Assembly: GCA_009695045.1 (NCBI GenBank)
Contig: SIBS01000002.1
Location: 92,774-149,594 of the forward strand
Source of the DNA: Candidatus Levyibacteriota bacterium
GTDB lineage: Bacteria > Patescibacteriota > Microgenomatia > Levybacterales > UBA12049
DNA: 56,821 bases
Reading direction: 5' to 3'
Numbering within the stretch: position 1 is the stretch's first letter; each line of letters starts with the position of its first letter. The notes under the pieces were generated by a model. It had not been told where the DNA came from and ran no database searches. It saw only the letters and a list, made by a program, of their open reading frames with translations. The position numbers and the translations under genes were made by a program. Positions 46,212 through 55,381 of the stretch are shown in pieces.

Positions 46212-48557
46212 ATGAGTAAATTATTAATAATTATGAAATATTCCATCGGCTGGCCTTTTTCTATTTTAGCATTGTTATTTATGATATATAAATCATATTT
46301 ATTTATACCATCTCTTATTCTCAGGATAGAAAAAGCAAATATATTAATGTTAATATATGCAGTATTATGTTTTTTAATTTATTTCTTACTAAGAACTTTT
46401 TTATGGAAAAATATATTACTTTATAAGGGATGTAATATACTCTTAAGAGATTCTGCATTTCTATGGTCACAGTCTGAAATAAGAAGATATATTCCAATTG
46501 GTTTTATTTCATTTTTATCACGAGCATTACTTTTTTCAAATACACAAATTTCTAAAGAAACAGTCATATCAGCAATGCTTATTGAATCACAAGTTATAGT
46601 TATCTCTACCTTAATACTATCTATTTTTGGACTATCTGAAATTCCAAATATAAATCTATATTTATTATTTCTACTTAGAGCTGGAATAATAGGCTTTACT
46701 TTTTTTTGGATTTTTAAAGATTTATTTATAAAATATATTAAAAATGTAGCTGTTCGCAAAATACTTTTAATAATTAGTCCTTCTTTTTATTGGCAGAGCA
46801 ATGCATCATTAGTATGTATTGGTGTATCTACATTTTTTTTCTTTGGATTAGGAACATATTTCTCCATATCTTCACTTATATTTATTAATCCAACTATGTG
46901 GATTTCATTATTGGGATTTTTCACATTTTCCTTCTTAATTGGATATTTAGCCATTTTCGCCCCCTCCGGTATCGGTGTCCGAGAGTGGATAATAACCATT
47001 GGAATTTCTAACATCGCAGGAAATCTTGCAGGATTCCTTTCTATTTTTCCAAGAATTATAGTTATAATTACAGAAATAATTTTTTTATTTTTATGCTTTA
47101 TATGGACTAATAGCTATATACTTCATAAAAAAGAATTATTTATATATAAAAATCGATTTTTAATAATTTCTATTATTTTCTTTTTGGCATATTGCGCTTA
47201 TTTTACCACTGCATCTTTTGCAAGACATGATAATTTTTTTTCAGGAAAGTTTGATCTTGGAAATATGGATCAAGTAGTATGGAATACAGCAAAGGGGAAA
47301 ATATTTCAATTTAGCGATCCTGATGGGATTAAGACCATATCTAGGCTTGCATTTCATGCAGACTTTTTCTTAGTGCTTTTATCTCCATTTTATTGGATTA
47401 CGGAAACACCTAAGATATTATTGCTTTTACAAACTATCGCACTTGGGTCAGGGTCTATATTTATATTTTTTATTGCAAAAAAATTAATAAAAAATGAGAT
47501 TGCTGCTTGCATTTGCTCAATTATATATCTACTTAATCCGAGCATGCATTATACAAATCTATATGATTTTCATTCTGTAACATTTGCAACAACCTTTATT
47601 CTTGCAAGTTATTATTATTTTTTAATAAAGAAGAGGGGACTATTTTTTCTTTTTTTAATTCTTGCAGCATTAACAAAAGAACATGTTTGGATAATAGTTG
47701 GATTATTGTCTATTTATTCTGCAATAAAATCACCATGGAAAAAAATTAGTATATTTTTTAGTATCTTTTCATTTATTACCTTTTATATTCTTGTCTGGAA
47801 CATTATTCCCTTATTTAGAAATAGTAATCACTTTGCATTATCATTTTATTCTAGTATTGGTAATTCTCCCACTCAGATTATAAAGAATTCTATTCTATCA
47901 CCAAGCATTATTTTACCTTTATTGTTTCAACAAAATAAAATAATTTACTTACTACAACTTTTTATTCCAGTTGGATTTATTTCTTTTTTTTCCCCACTTA
48001 TTTTAATATTTAGTTTACCTGATCTACTTATTAATATGCTAAGCAATAACAATCAATTTACTCAGATTTATTATCAATATACCGCAACAATAACTCCTTT
48101 CATTTTTATATCAGCTATTTATGGGATATTATCTTTTAAACGTTTTTTTAGAAAAATTTCAGTTATTAGTATTAGTTTTTTTATACTAATAATGACAATT
48201 GTCGGGGCCTATAATTATGGCCCATTACCTGGGGCAAAAAATCCAAATATTAAAATGTTTACAGATATACTTCCATATAAAGACTATATTAATTATTCAT
48301 TAGGAATGATATCACCCTATGCAAAAATTGCTGCAACTAATAATATAGGTGCCCATCTAACTCATAGAGATGATATCTATACTATTCCTATTGGCATAGA
48401 TGATGCAGATACAATTGTTTTTTTATTTACTGACAAATTTTCACTTCCATCTCCAAAAATACTTAGAGATATTTCAATAAATCTCAAGACAAGTAACAAA
48501 TATAATATTATTGCCGAAAAAGAAGATTTTATTATATTACAAAAAAAATTATATTGA
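46212..48557 (+). CDS. Fusion membrane protein: N-terminal flippase-like (LPG-synthase-TM-type) region plus C-terminal DUF2079 (GT-C-like) domain
   Basis: The N-terminal ~300 aa resemble the lysyl-PG-synthase TM/flippase-like family (...FAPSGIGVREW...). From ~330 on, ARHDNFFSGKFDLGNMDQVVWNTAKGKIF...RLAFHADFFLVLLSPFYW is the DUF2079 hallmark. Confidence 0.6.
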   Translation: MSKLLIIMKYSIGWPFSILALLFMIYKSYLFIPSLILRIEKANILMLIYAVLCFLIYFLLRTFLWKNILLYKGCNILLRDSAFLWSQSEIRRYIPIGFISFLSRALLFSNTQISKETVISAMLIESQVIVISTLILSIFGLSEIPNINLYLLFLLRAGIIGFTFFWIFKDLFIKYIKNVAVRKILLIISPSFYWQSNASLVCIGVSTFFFFGLGTYFSISSLIFINPTMWISLLGFFTFSFLIGYLAIFAPSGIGVREWIITIGISNIAGNLAGFLSIFPRIIVIITEIIFLFLCFIWTNSYILHKKELFIYKNRFLIISIIFFLAYCAYFTTASFARHDNFFSGKFDLGNMDQVVWNTAKGKIFQFSDPDGIKTISRLAFHADFFLVLLSPFYWITETPKILLLLQTIALGSGSIFIFFIAKKLIKNEIAACICSIIYLLNPSMHYTNLYDFHSVTFATTFILASYYYFLIKKRGLFFLFLILAALTKEHVWIIVGLLSIYSAIKSPWKKISIFFSIFSFITFYILVWNIIPLFRNSNHFALSFYSSIGNSPTQIIKNSILSPSIILPLLFQQNKIIYLLQLFIPVGFISFFSPLILIFSLPDLLINMLSNNNQFTQIYYQYTATITPFIFISAIYGILSFKRFFRKISVISISFFILIMTIVGAYNYGPLPGAKNPNIKMFTDILPYKDYINYSLGMISPYAKIAATNNIGAHLTHRDDIYTIPIGIDDADTIVFLFTDKFSLPSPKILRDISINLKTSNKYNIIAEKEDFIILQKKLY

Positions 48558-49811
48558 TATTTGTGATTCTAATGCCAATTTAGTTCGCTCATGTTTATCT
48601 GCCAAATAACCATTTGATACAATTTTTAATTTTTTAGCATTAAGTAGAAAACCTTTTCTAATCGTGTAATCACCAAAACGCTTGTTAAGAATATCTATGG
48701 CTTCGGTTAATGCTTTTTCATCTCTATCCTTTTGAAATAATGATATTGTTTCAGAATTAATAATAAAATTTTCTACCAATATAGATATAACTCTAACCAT
48801 ACCCTGTTCAGGAAAAAAAAGATTATTCCATTTCCATTGCTTATAAAAATCTCTGCATGCAATAAAAATATTTTTACCAGAAGAAGTATGTGATAAAAAT
48901 GTTCTTTGACCACATTCTATACGATTTCCCCTAAGAGAGAATCTTATTGTTTTTGCCTTCTTGTTTAAGCTTCGTAATCTACGAGCTATGTCTTCGGAAA
49001 GTTCATAAATATTTTGCAAGATAAATCTTTGATTATATTCATTTTTATCAAAAGAATAATTTCTACTTAATGATTTTACTGATGGAATGTCTGTATAGAA
49101 AATAATCTCATCATTATCAATACCAAGTCCAATATTTTTCAAAAAAATTCCTTCTATTTTCCCAAACTCAGTAATAAGTTTTATAAGTGGAGTTTTTTCT
49201 AAATGATGAAGCGTATAAATACCATTTATATTTAATCTTTTTTTAATATTATTTCCAATACCACATATATCCTCAAGACTGGATATTGCATATACAGTTC
49301 TTCTATTTTCTGGTGTGATAACAAATAATCCATTTGGTTTATTTTTTTTAGATGCTAATTTTGCAAGTAATTTATTATAAGATACCCCAACAGAAACAGT
49401 AATAAAGGGACCAATCTCTCTTGCTAAATGCTCTTTAATAATTGTTATAACAGTTGGAATATCACCAAATAAATGAATTGTTTGCGTCATATCCATAAAT
49501 ACTTCGTCAATAGAAAATAACTCTATATATGGAGTGTATTGTTGGCATATTTGCAAAAACTTTTTTGAAACTTCATAATATTTATCAAAATTAGCCGATA
49601 CAAAAATTATATCGGGACACCAAAGCAAAGCATCATAAGTTCGAGATCCATTGCTTATACCAAATATTTTTGCCTCTCTACTTGCTGCAATAATACAAGT
49701 TTTTCCATTTGTTGCCGTAATGCCAATAGGTTTGCCACGAAAATAAGGATTACACTGTTGCTCGACGCTAGCAAAAAAAGAATCAAAATCTATATGAAAT
49801 ATTATCTTAAT
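48549..49811 (-). CDS. dinB: DNA polymerase IV (Y-family); apparent ATT start or start-codon-defective gene
   Basis: The conserved N-terminus (K)IIFHIDFDSFFASVEQQCNPYFRGKPIGI, which holds the catalytic Asp, lies upstream of the ORF-track start at 49628. The frame is open back to a TAA at 49824-49826 with no ATG, GTG, TTG or CTG. ATT at 49809-49811 sits where the Met is expected. Confidence 0.8.
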   Translation of the reverse strand: MKIIFHIDFDSFFASVEQQCNPYFRGKPIGITATNGKTCIIAASREAKIFGISNGSRTYDALLWCPDIIFVSANFDKYYEVSKKFLQICQQYTPYIELFSIDEVFMDMTQTIHLFGDIPTVITIIKEHLAREIGPFITVSVGVSYNKLLAKLASKKNKPNGLFVITPENRRTVYAISSLEDICGIGNNIKKRLNINGIYTLHHLEKTPLIKLITEFGKIEGIFLKNIGLGIDNDEIIFYTDIPSVKSLSRNYSFDKNEYNQRFILQNIYELSEDIARRLRSLNKKAKTIRFSLRGNRIECGQRTFLSHTSSGKNIFIACRDFYKQWKWNNLFFPEQGMVRVISILVENFIINSETISLFQKDRDEKALTEAIDILNKRFGDYTIRKGFLLNAKKLKIVSNGYLADKHERTKLALESQISI

Positions 49812-49858
49812 ATAGTATATATATTACGGAAAAAATATACGAATATAAATATGACAAA

Positions 49859-49890
49859 TTATATCAAAAATTAAATTAATTTTGATATAA
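49859..49890. repeat. Inverted repeat TTATATCAAAA-N10-TTTTGATATAA (11-bp perfect arms)
   Basis: Arms at 49859-49869 and 49880-49890. The right arm contains TATAAT-like GATATAAT, 8 nt before the ATG at 49899. Confidence 0.85.
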
Positions 49891-49898
49891 TACTAATA

Positions 49899-50024
49899 AT
49901 GATAAAAGATAAACCAATAATAAAAAAAAGGGATTCAAAAATAAAAAAATTTATAGCTAATGGTGGAAGAAATAATGCAGAAAGAGACTTTTATTTAGTA
50001 TTAAAACGCATTACTAATAAATAA
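49899..50024 (+). CDS. Possible 41-aa basic ORF (MIKDKPIIKKRDSKIKKFIANGGRNNAERDFYLVLKRITNK)
   Basis: An ATG-to-TAA ORF that I translated by hand. It is too short for the ORF track and no family was recognised. Confidence 0.2.
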   Translation: MIKDKPIIKKRDSKIKKFIANGGRNNAERDFYLVLKRITNK

Positions 50025-50026
50025 AA

Positions 50027-50470
50027 TTAGCTCAACAATTTTGTTGAAAAAATATTTTTAATAAAAGTCTCGTCATTTATTACGAGACCAGTAATCATAG
50101 AATCTGGCATATGCGCCTTTATGCTTTTTTGCATTCTCCATGCAGTTTTATATGTCACCATAAGTATTCTCTGTAATTGCTTTATAGAGATACCACATCT
50201 AGTCTGAACCATTAAATAAATAGCAAGAAACCATGTTGTTAGTGGCGTAGTAGATTTCTCAAAAATAGTTGCTGTAAGTGGATAGATATGTATTCCACAA
50301 AATTCACATGCATAGGATGTTCTTTTTTTAACATGATAAAATTTAGTAATTTTATTACATTTTATACAAAAAATTCCGCGTGGCCAACGTAATTTACTTA
50401 TTTCTTCCAAGCATGCATGAGAATTGGGATATTTTTTATGAAATTCTTTTATTATAAATTTTTCTTCCAT
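50027..50470 (-). mobile_element. IS1595-family transposase remnant: N-terminal zinc-ribbon/HTH domain only, no DDE catalytic domain
   Basis: CLEEISKLRWPRGIFCIKCN...YACEFCGIHIYPLTATIFEKSTTPLTTWFLAIYLM...GISIKQLQRILMVTYKTAWRM matches the Zn_Tnp_IS1595 pattern. The ORF stops after 147 aa and only about 215 nt remain before dinB. Confidence 0.7.
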
Positions 50471-50560
50471 TATATATTTATAACAAAAAAAATACTTGTT
50501 GTAAAGGGATAATTAATCTATTTTTATAACCTAATATAGAGTTTTTATTAAGACTTTTAA

Positions 50561-50589
50561 TTGACAAACTATAACTAAAAAGATATTAT
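50561..50589 (+). promoter_or_regulatory. Promoter TTGACA-17 nt-TATTAT, 14 nt before the ATG at 50604
   Basis: TTGACA at 50561-50566 and TATTAT at 50584-50589. Confidence 0.45.
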
Positions 50590-50603
50590 TATTTAAAGAA
50601 TTT

Positions 50604-51215
50604 ATGAAAACTATACAATTTATTACTATTTTATTATTTTTATTTCTAACAACATTTTCACATACATATGGAGAAGAAATACAGCCAAAAATAGTCAATG
50701 AGATAACAACGGATACTAAAAAAAATGATTATATACTTCCTTTTCCTGGCATGTTGCCAAATAATCCACTATATATATTAAAAGTAATCAGAGATAAATT
50801 TATAGAAAATCTTATTAGCGATCCAGAAATAAAAATAGCATTTCATCTCATGCAAGCAGATAAACAGATTGGAATGATAAATAATTTAATTAATGATAAT
50901 AATGTAAATCTTGCTATAAAAACTGCATTAAAAGCGGAGGATAATAATACAAAAATAACTATTATTTATAAATTTTCACACATCAAACCAACCCTAAAGA
51001 TGAAAGATGCCTTAATTTTATCTGCTAAAAAACATCAAGAAATTTTATCTGAAATTATAAAAAAAGTTAAAAATAATGATAAGAAAACTTTTAATCAAAT
51101 TATGGAATTTTCCAAAATAAATGAACAAGAGATAATTAGAATTTATAATTCATTTTCAATTAAAAGAACTGAAACAGAAAATCCTGTAGAAATCATAACT
51201 ACATCAAACCTATAG
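50604..51215 (+). CDS. Secreted DUF5667-like protein
   Basis: Signal peptide, then ILPFPGMLPNNPLYILKVIRDKFIE, which resembles the LPDSPFY.LK motif of DUF5667 proteins. Confidence 0.5.
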   Translation: MKTIQFITILLFLFLTTFSHTYGEEIQPKIVNEITTDTKKNDYILPFPGMLPNNPLYILKVIRDKFIENLISDPEIKIAFHLMQADKQIGMINNLINDNNVNLAIKTALKAEDNNTKITIIYKFSHIKPTLKMKDALILSAKKHQEILSEIIKKVKNNDKKTFNQIMEFSKINEQEIIRIYNSFSIKRTETENPVEIITTSNL

Positions 51216-51225
51216 CCTCGTCTCG

Positions 51226-51234
51226 TGATATAAT
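51226..51234 (+). promoter_or_regulatory. extended -10 TGATATAAT, 6 nt before the obg ATG
   Basis: TGATATAATaccaatATG. Confidence 0.4.
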
Positions 51235-51240
51235 ACCAAT

Positions 51241-52218
51241 ATGTTAGTTGATGATGTAAATATTAGCGTAAAAGCTGGTAATGGTGGTAATGGGGCAATA
51301 TCTTTTTTGCGTAATGCTATAACATCCAAAGGGGGACCAGATGGTGGTAATGGTGGTAATGGGGCAGACGTATATTTTATAGGCATTAACGATATTACTG
51401 GGCTTCAGCAATTTCAATATAAAAAAGACATAAAAGGAGATCACGGAGTAGCTGGGGGCAAGAAAAACTTGTATGGTAAAAATGCAAAGACATTAATGGT
51501 AAAAGTACCAATTGGTACCCTAATTACTGACTTATCCACAAATACTACCTATGATATTCAAAATGAAGGACAAAAAATACTTATAGTAAAAGGTGGGAAG
51601 GGTGGAAGGGGAAATAATGAATTTAAAAGTGCTACCGTTCAAGCACCAAAATTTGCTGAGAAAGGGGAGAATGGAGAATTTAAAAAAATTAGACTCACTC
51701 TCAAACTCATAGCAGATGTTGGCCTAGTAGGATTACCAAATGCAGGAAAAAGTAGCCTACTTCAAAGTGTAACTAGAGCTAGTCCTAAAATAGGTAATTA
51801 TCCATTCACAACGCTTGAGCCAAATCTAGGAAGCATGGGTGGCATTATTCTTGCAGATATCCCGGGATTAATAGAAGGAGCATCTCATGGAAAAGGACTT
51901 GGCATACAATTTCTCAAACATATAGAAAAAACACAACTGCTTCTTCATTGCATTGATATATCAGAAAATAATATAATTGCATCTTACGAAATAGTAAATA
52001 AAGAATTTTCACAATATAATCAATTATTACTTCAAAAAGAAGAAATAATAGTTTTAACTAAGTCTGATTTAATAGAAGATAGTCAAGTAGAAATATTAAA
52101 AAAACAAATTGAAATAAAATTAAATAAAAAAGTTATCGTTACTTCTATAAAAAATCCATTATCAATCTCTTTACTTATAAAAACTGTTAAAGAAAAAGTT
52201 GAGTCTATTAAAGATTAA
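51241..52218 (+). CDS. obg: GTPase Obg/CgtA
   Basis: Obg fold with Gly-rich repeats (GGNGGNGA, GGKGGRGN), G1 GLPNAGKSSL, G3 DIPGLIEGA and G4 TKSD. Confidence 0.93.
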   Translation: MLVDDVNISVKAGNGGNGAISFLRNAITSKGGPDGGNGGNGADVYFIGINDITGLQQFQYKKDIKGDHGVAGGKKNLYGKNAKTLMVKVPIGTLITDLSTNTTYDIQNEGQKILIVKGGKGGRGNNEFKSATVQAPKFAEKGENGEFKKIRLTLKLIADVGLVGLPNAGKSSLLQSVTRASPKIGNYPFTTLEPNLGSMGGIILADIPGLIEGASHGKGLGIQFLKHIEKTQLLLHCIDISENNIIASYEIVNKEFSQYNQLLLQKEEIIVLTKSDLIEDSQVEILKKQIEIKLNKKVIVTSIKNPLSISLLIKTVKEKVESIKD

Positions 52219-52279
52219 TATTTAATTTTGTAAATTTATTCGATTTATTAACCTATTTATTATTTTAAAATAATTTGAT

Positions 52280-52876
52280 TTATTTCTGCAATATTTTACC
52301 TAAATAATGATTGACTATAATAGTTTCAGGTAGCTTTAATTCATCAATAGGTTTATCATTAATGCTCCAACACATATATTTATAATTAATATTAATACCT
52401 AATCTACCTGCTTCATCCAGCAGGAGCCAAAAACCTGTCTTACCTGTCATATCATATTGTATTTCTAATAAACCTGGCTTCAGACGAATTCTTTTTTTAT
52501 CTGTATCCAATGCATATTCACTAATTGATGATTCTAAACTTGTAGATATTAATCTTTTTGAACCGTTTTTTTTCAAATAATCTCCAACTTCAAATAATTT
52601 ATTTACTATATCTTTTTGTTGAATTAAATTTGAAGGATGCATATTTTCTCTTAAATAACTTGTGAGAATTGAATTATTTATTGTTTTTATTCCGGTATTT
52701 TTATCTATTTCTATAAATTTATCTTCCATATATTTTCCAAAAATACCTCTATCTAATGATGGACGACATAATAAAGACTCTCGAGCTCTATTAAATATAA
52801 ATTCTAATTCCATTAAGCTCTTTTCGGGAGTTAATTCATTACTTAATTCTGATTTTCTTATTTCTGCTGTAATCAT
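52280..52876 (-). CDS. Hypothetical protein, 198 aa, no family recognised
   Basis: A long ORF in a very low-GC stretch (hand count about 22% on a 120-nt sample). It appears soluble, with no motifs I can name. Confidence 0.5.
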   Translation of the reverse strand: MITAEIRKSELSNELTPEKSLMELEFIFNRARESLLCRPSLDRGIFGKYMEDKFIEIDKNTGIKTINNSILTSYLRENMHPSNLIQQKDIVNKLFEVGDYLKKNGSKRLISTSLESSISEYALDTDKKRIRLKPGLLEIQYDMTGKTGFWLLLDEAGRLGININYKYMCWSINDKPIDELKLPETIIVNHYLGKILQK

Positions 52877-53143
52877 ATTTTTATTTACAATAATAATCTT
52901 TAATTATAATTTGAATAATAAATTAATCACACTAATTTAATTTTTTTAAATTAGTATAAATAAATTCTAATACCTAAATATTGCTTAGATATCTTATATT
53001 CTATATTTGAAATTGTTTGTAGATGATACCAACAAATCTTCGAAGATAATAAAGACAGTGAGTCTGTATTTTATATTTATTTTATTATAAAGTCAAGCAT
53101 AAATTAAATATAATATAAAGAATAATTAATAATAGATATAATT

Positions 53144-53908
53144 TTAAATTCCATTTCTATTTCTATATATTTTATTTAAAAAATTATCGAATTCCTTATT
53201 TGAGAATGGAGCATTCATAAATTCAGTATTAATTTCATATAAATCAATAAGATCGCTTATTTTACTATCTCTATATGCTTTTACATATTTATGATTTTTT
53301 CTTAAATAAAATTGTATTTTAAATTTAGAAAATTTACTTGGATAGTATTTTTTTAAATTATTGTATTTATTTAATTTATTTTGAAAATAATCATTATTTT
53401 TACAACGATCATCATTAATATCTGCATTGCCTAATGTTACTTCACCAAATATATCTATTAATGGATTTCCATCCTTGTCTTCCGAAAATAAAATATAGTC
53501 TGGTACGGGAAACTTATCATCATGAACATATCTATCGCCATGTTTGTTTTTAATTATTTCTAGATTTTTATCTGAATAAAATAATCTCATTACTGTTCTA
53601 AATATTAAGTCCTCATCTCCTAAAATTAATCCAGACTTATATTTTTTTTTAAGATCAAACACTATTAATTTTTCAAATAATTTACCTCTAAAAACTCTTG
53701 AATCATTATGATAACGTGAAAATAAATTTTCAAAAGAATTAGATCTCTTAAAATCATCAAAGAAAGATTTTTTTTCTAAAACTATCTCTCTAGTATCTAT
53801 TATTTTTGATTCATTTAAAATATTTTTTAAAAAATCTGCAACTGACATATTTTTGTCAGATTCATAGATAGATATTCCATTTCTTGGACCTATTTCTTTT
53901 GTAAACAT
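53144..53908 (-). CDS. Hypothetical protein, 254 aa, with a weak PD-(D/E)xK-nuclease-like motif string
   Basis: RGKLFEKLIVFDL ... VPDYILFSEDKDGNPLIDIFGEVTLG shows a PD followed by EDK/EVT. The assignment is speculative. Confidence 0.45.
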   Translation of the reverse strand: MFTKEIGPRNGISIYESDKNMSVADFLKNILNESKIIDTREIVLEKKSFFDDFKRSNSFENLFSRYHNDSRVFRGKLFEKLIVFDLKKKYKSGLILGDEDLIFRTVMRLFYSDKNLEIIKNKHGDRYVHDDKFPVPDYILFSEDKDGNPLIDIFGEVTLGNADINDDRCKNNDYFQNKLNKYNNLKKYYPSKFSKFKIQFYLRKNHKYVKAYRDSKISDLIDLYEINTEFMNAPFSNKEFDNFLNKIYRNRNGI

Positions 53909-54230
53909 ATAAGCGCTTTTTATATCCTATAATATATTTTATTGCAACTTATTATTTTATTCTGATGTTATATTTTTAAATGAAATTTTTAAAGATTTAT
54001 AATTAGTATGGAATATTAATTTTATTACTATACATAATAGAATTAACTATAAATTAAAAATCCATAAAATAATCTACCATAATATTCTGCTCAAATTTAA
54101 ATTTTAAAAAATATATTTAGTAAATAATTCTAAGTTTTTCTCAATCTAATTAGATAAGCTGATTAATAACTATATAGAAATATCATTAATGAACTATTTA
54201 TAATATTTCTTAAAACTTTTTTGTTATTTT

Positions 54231-54383
54231 ATGGAAAAATATTGCGTTGTGTTAAGAAGGATTCCTGTTTTTACCAATCAACCATCACGCATTGATTTGT
54301 ATATGAGAAAGATCAAACGTTCTAGCCTGGATAAGTTAAGTGATGTAGTTACAGGTATTAAAGGACGTTTTAAAAGAAACTAA
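54231..54383 (+). CDS. Possible 50-aa ORF (MEKYCVVLRRIPVFTNQPSRIDLYMRKIKRSSLDKLSDVVTGIKGRFKRN)
   Basis: Translated by hand. It marks the point where base composition rises relative to the flanking AT-rich spacer. No family was recognised. Confidence 0.25.
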   Translation: MEKYCVVLRRIPVFTNQPSRIDLYMRKIKRSSLDKLSDVVTGIKGRFKRN

Positions 54384-54401
54384 TTACAAAGGAATTTTAA
54401 A

Positions 54402-54430
54402 TTGACAAGACTTAAATTAATGACTACACT
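54402..54430 (+). promoter_or_regulatory. Promoter TTGACA-17 nt-TACACT, 20 nt before the ATG at 54451
   Basis: TTGACA at 54402-54407 and TACACT at 54425-54430. Confidence 0.4.
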
Positions 54431-54450
54431 ATGTAGTAGATAGAGAAAAT

Positions 54451-55335
54451 ATGAATAAAAATATTGTTGTTGCTGTTATCGCACTTGTTCTAGTAGGAGT
54501 TGGAATTTACTTTTATACAAATTCCAAAAATATGTCTAATGAGCATGGAGAAGATACCACAGGGCAACCAGTAGCACAAAGTCATAGAGGATATGATATT
54601 GAGGTAACTTCAAATACTCAAAATATTCAGCCACAAAAATCAACGACCATTACTTATAAAATTAAAAACGATAAAGATGAAATCTTAAAAGACTTTGAGA
54701 TTGCTCACGAGAAGATTATGCACTTTATTCTCGTTAGAAAAGACTTACAACAATTTCAACATTTACACCCAGACTACAATGAATCAACTGGAGAATTTAA
54801 AGTTGATGTAACCTTCCCAACTGATGGTCCATATAGAATATTTCCAGACTTTACACCAGGTGAGGAAAATCCTCAAAAATTACCAGTTACAGTTTTTGAA
54901 GACATTAACGTAGGAAACATTAGTAAATACCAAGCTCAAGCAGTCACAGCTGATACACAAAGTAAGAAAACCTTTGAAGGATACGATATTACATTTACAG
55001 TCCCTGCAAGTCTAAAAAAACAGCAAGAATTAACTTACGAATTAACCATTCAACAAGGCGGAAAACCAGTTGCAAATTTACAATCTTATCTAGGAGCATT
55101 AGGTCATAGTGTAATCTTAAAAGAGGGAACTCTTGATTTTATTCATACTCACGCTTTAGAAGGAGATAATGCAGAACATGGTGGAGGTCATATGGAATCA
55201 TCAACAACTGCAAGCACTGGCCCAGATATTAAGTTTGCAACTACCTTTCCAGAATCTGGTAAATATAAAATCTTTACTCAATTTCAACATCAGGGAAAAG
55301 TACTTACCACAGACTACATAATTGATGTAAACTGA
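54451..55335 (+). CDS. Membrane-anchored extracytoplasmic protein with duplicated His-rich modules, putative metal (copper-type) binding
   Basis: N-terminal TM anchor and two similar modules: HEKIMHFILVRKDLQQFQHLHP and GALGHSVILKEGTLDFIHTHA, plus the His cluster AEHGGGHME. The functional call is by analogy only. Confidence 0.45.
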   Translation: MNKNIVVAVIALVLVGVGIYFYTNSKNMSNEHGEDTTGQPVAQSHRGYDIEVTSNTQNIQPQKSTTITYKIKNDKDEILKDFEIAHEKIMHFILVRKDLQQFQHLHPDYNESTGEFKVDVTFPTDGPYRIFPDFTPGEENPQKLPVTVFEDINVGNISKYQAQAVTADTQSKKTFEGYDITFTVPASLKKQQELTYELTIQQGGKPVANLQSYLGALGHSVILKEGTLDFIHTHALEGDNAEHGGGHMESSTTASTGPDIKFATTFPESGKYKIFTQFQHQGKVLTTDYIIDVN

Positions 55336-55381
55336 TGTTAGATGGTTTCCAAGAAACTTAAAGTCATTCTTCTTTTAACAC

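Noticed and set aside
55333-55335. Alternative genetic code (UGA read as Gly or Trp, as in some candidate phyla).
   Set aside because: TGA closes ORFs at positions consistent with complete domains (for example 55333-55335), and all conserved proteins are full length under the standard code. No in-frame TGA needs to be read through.
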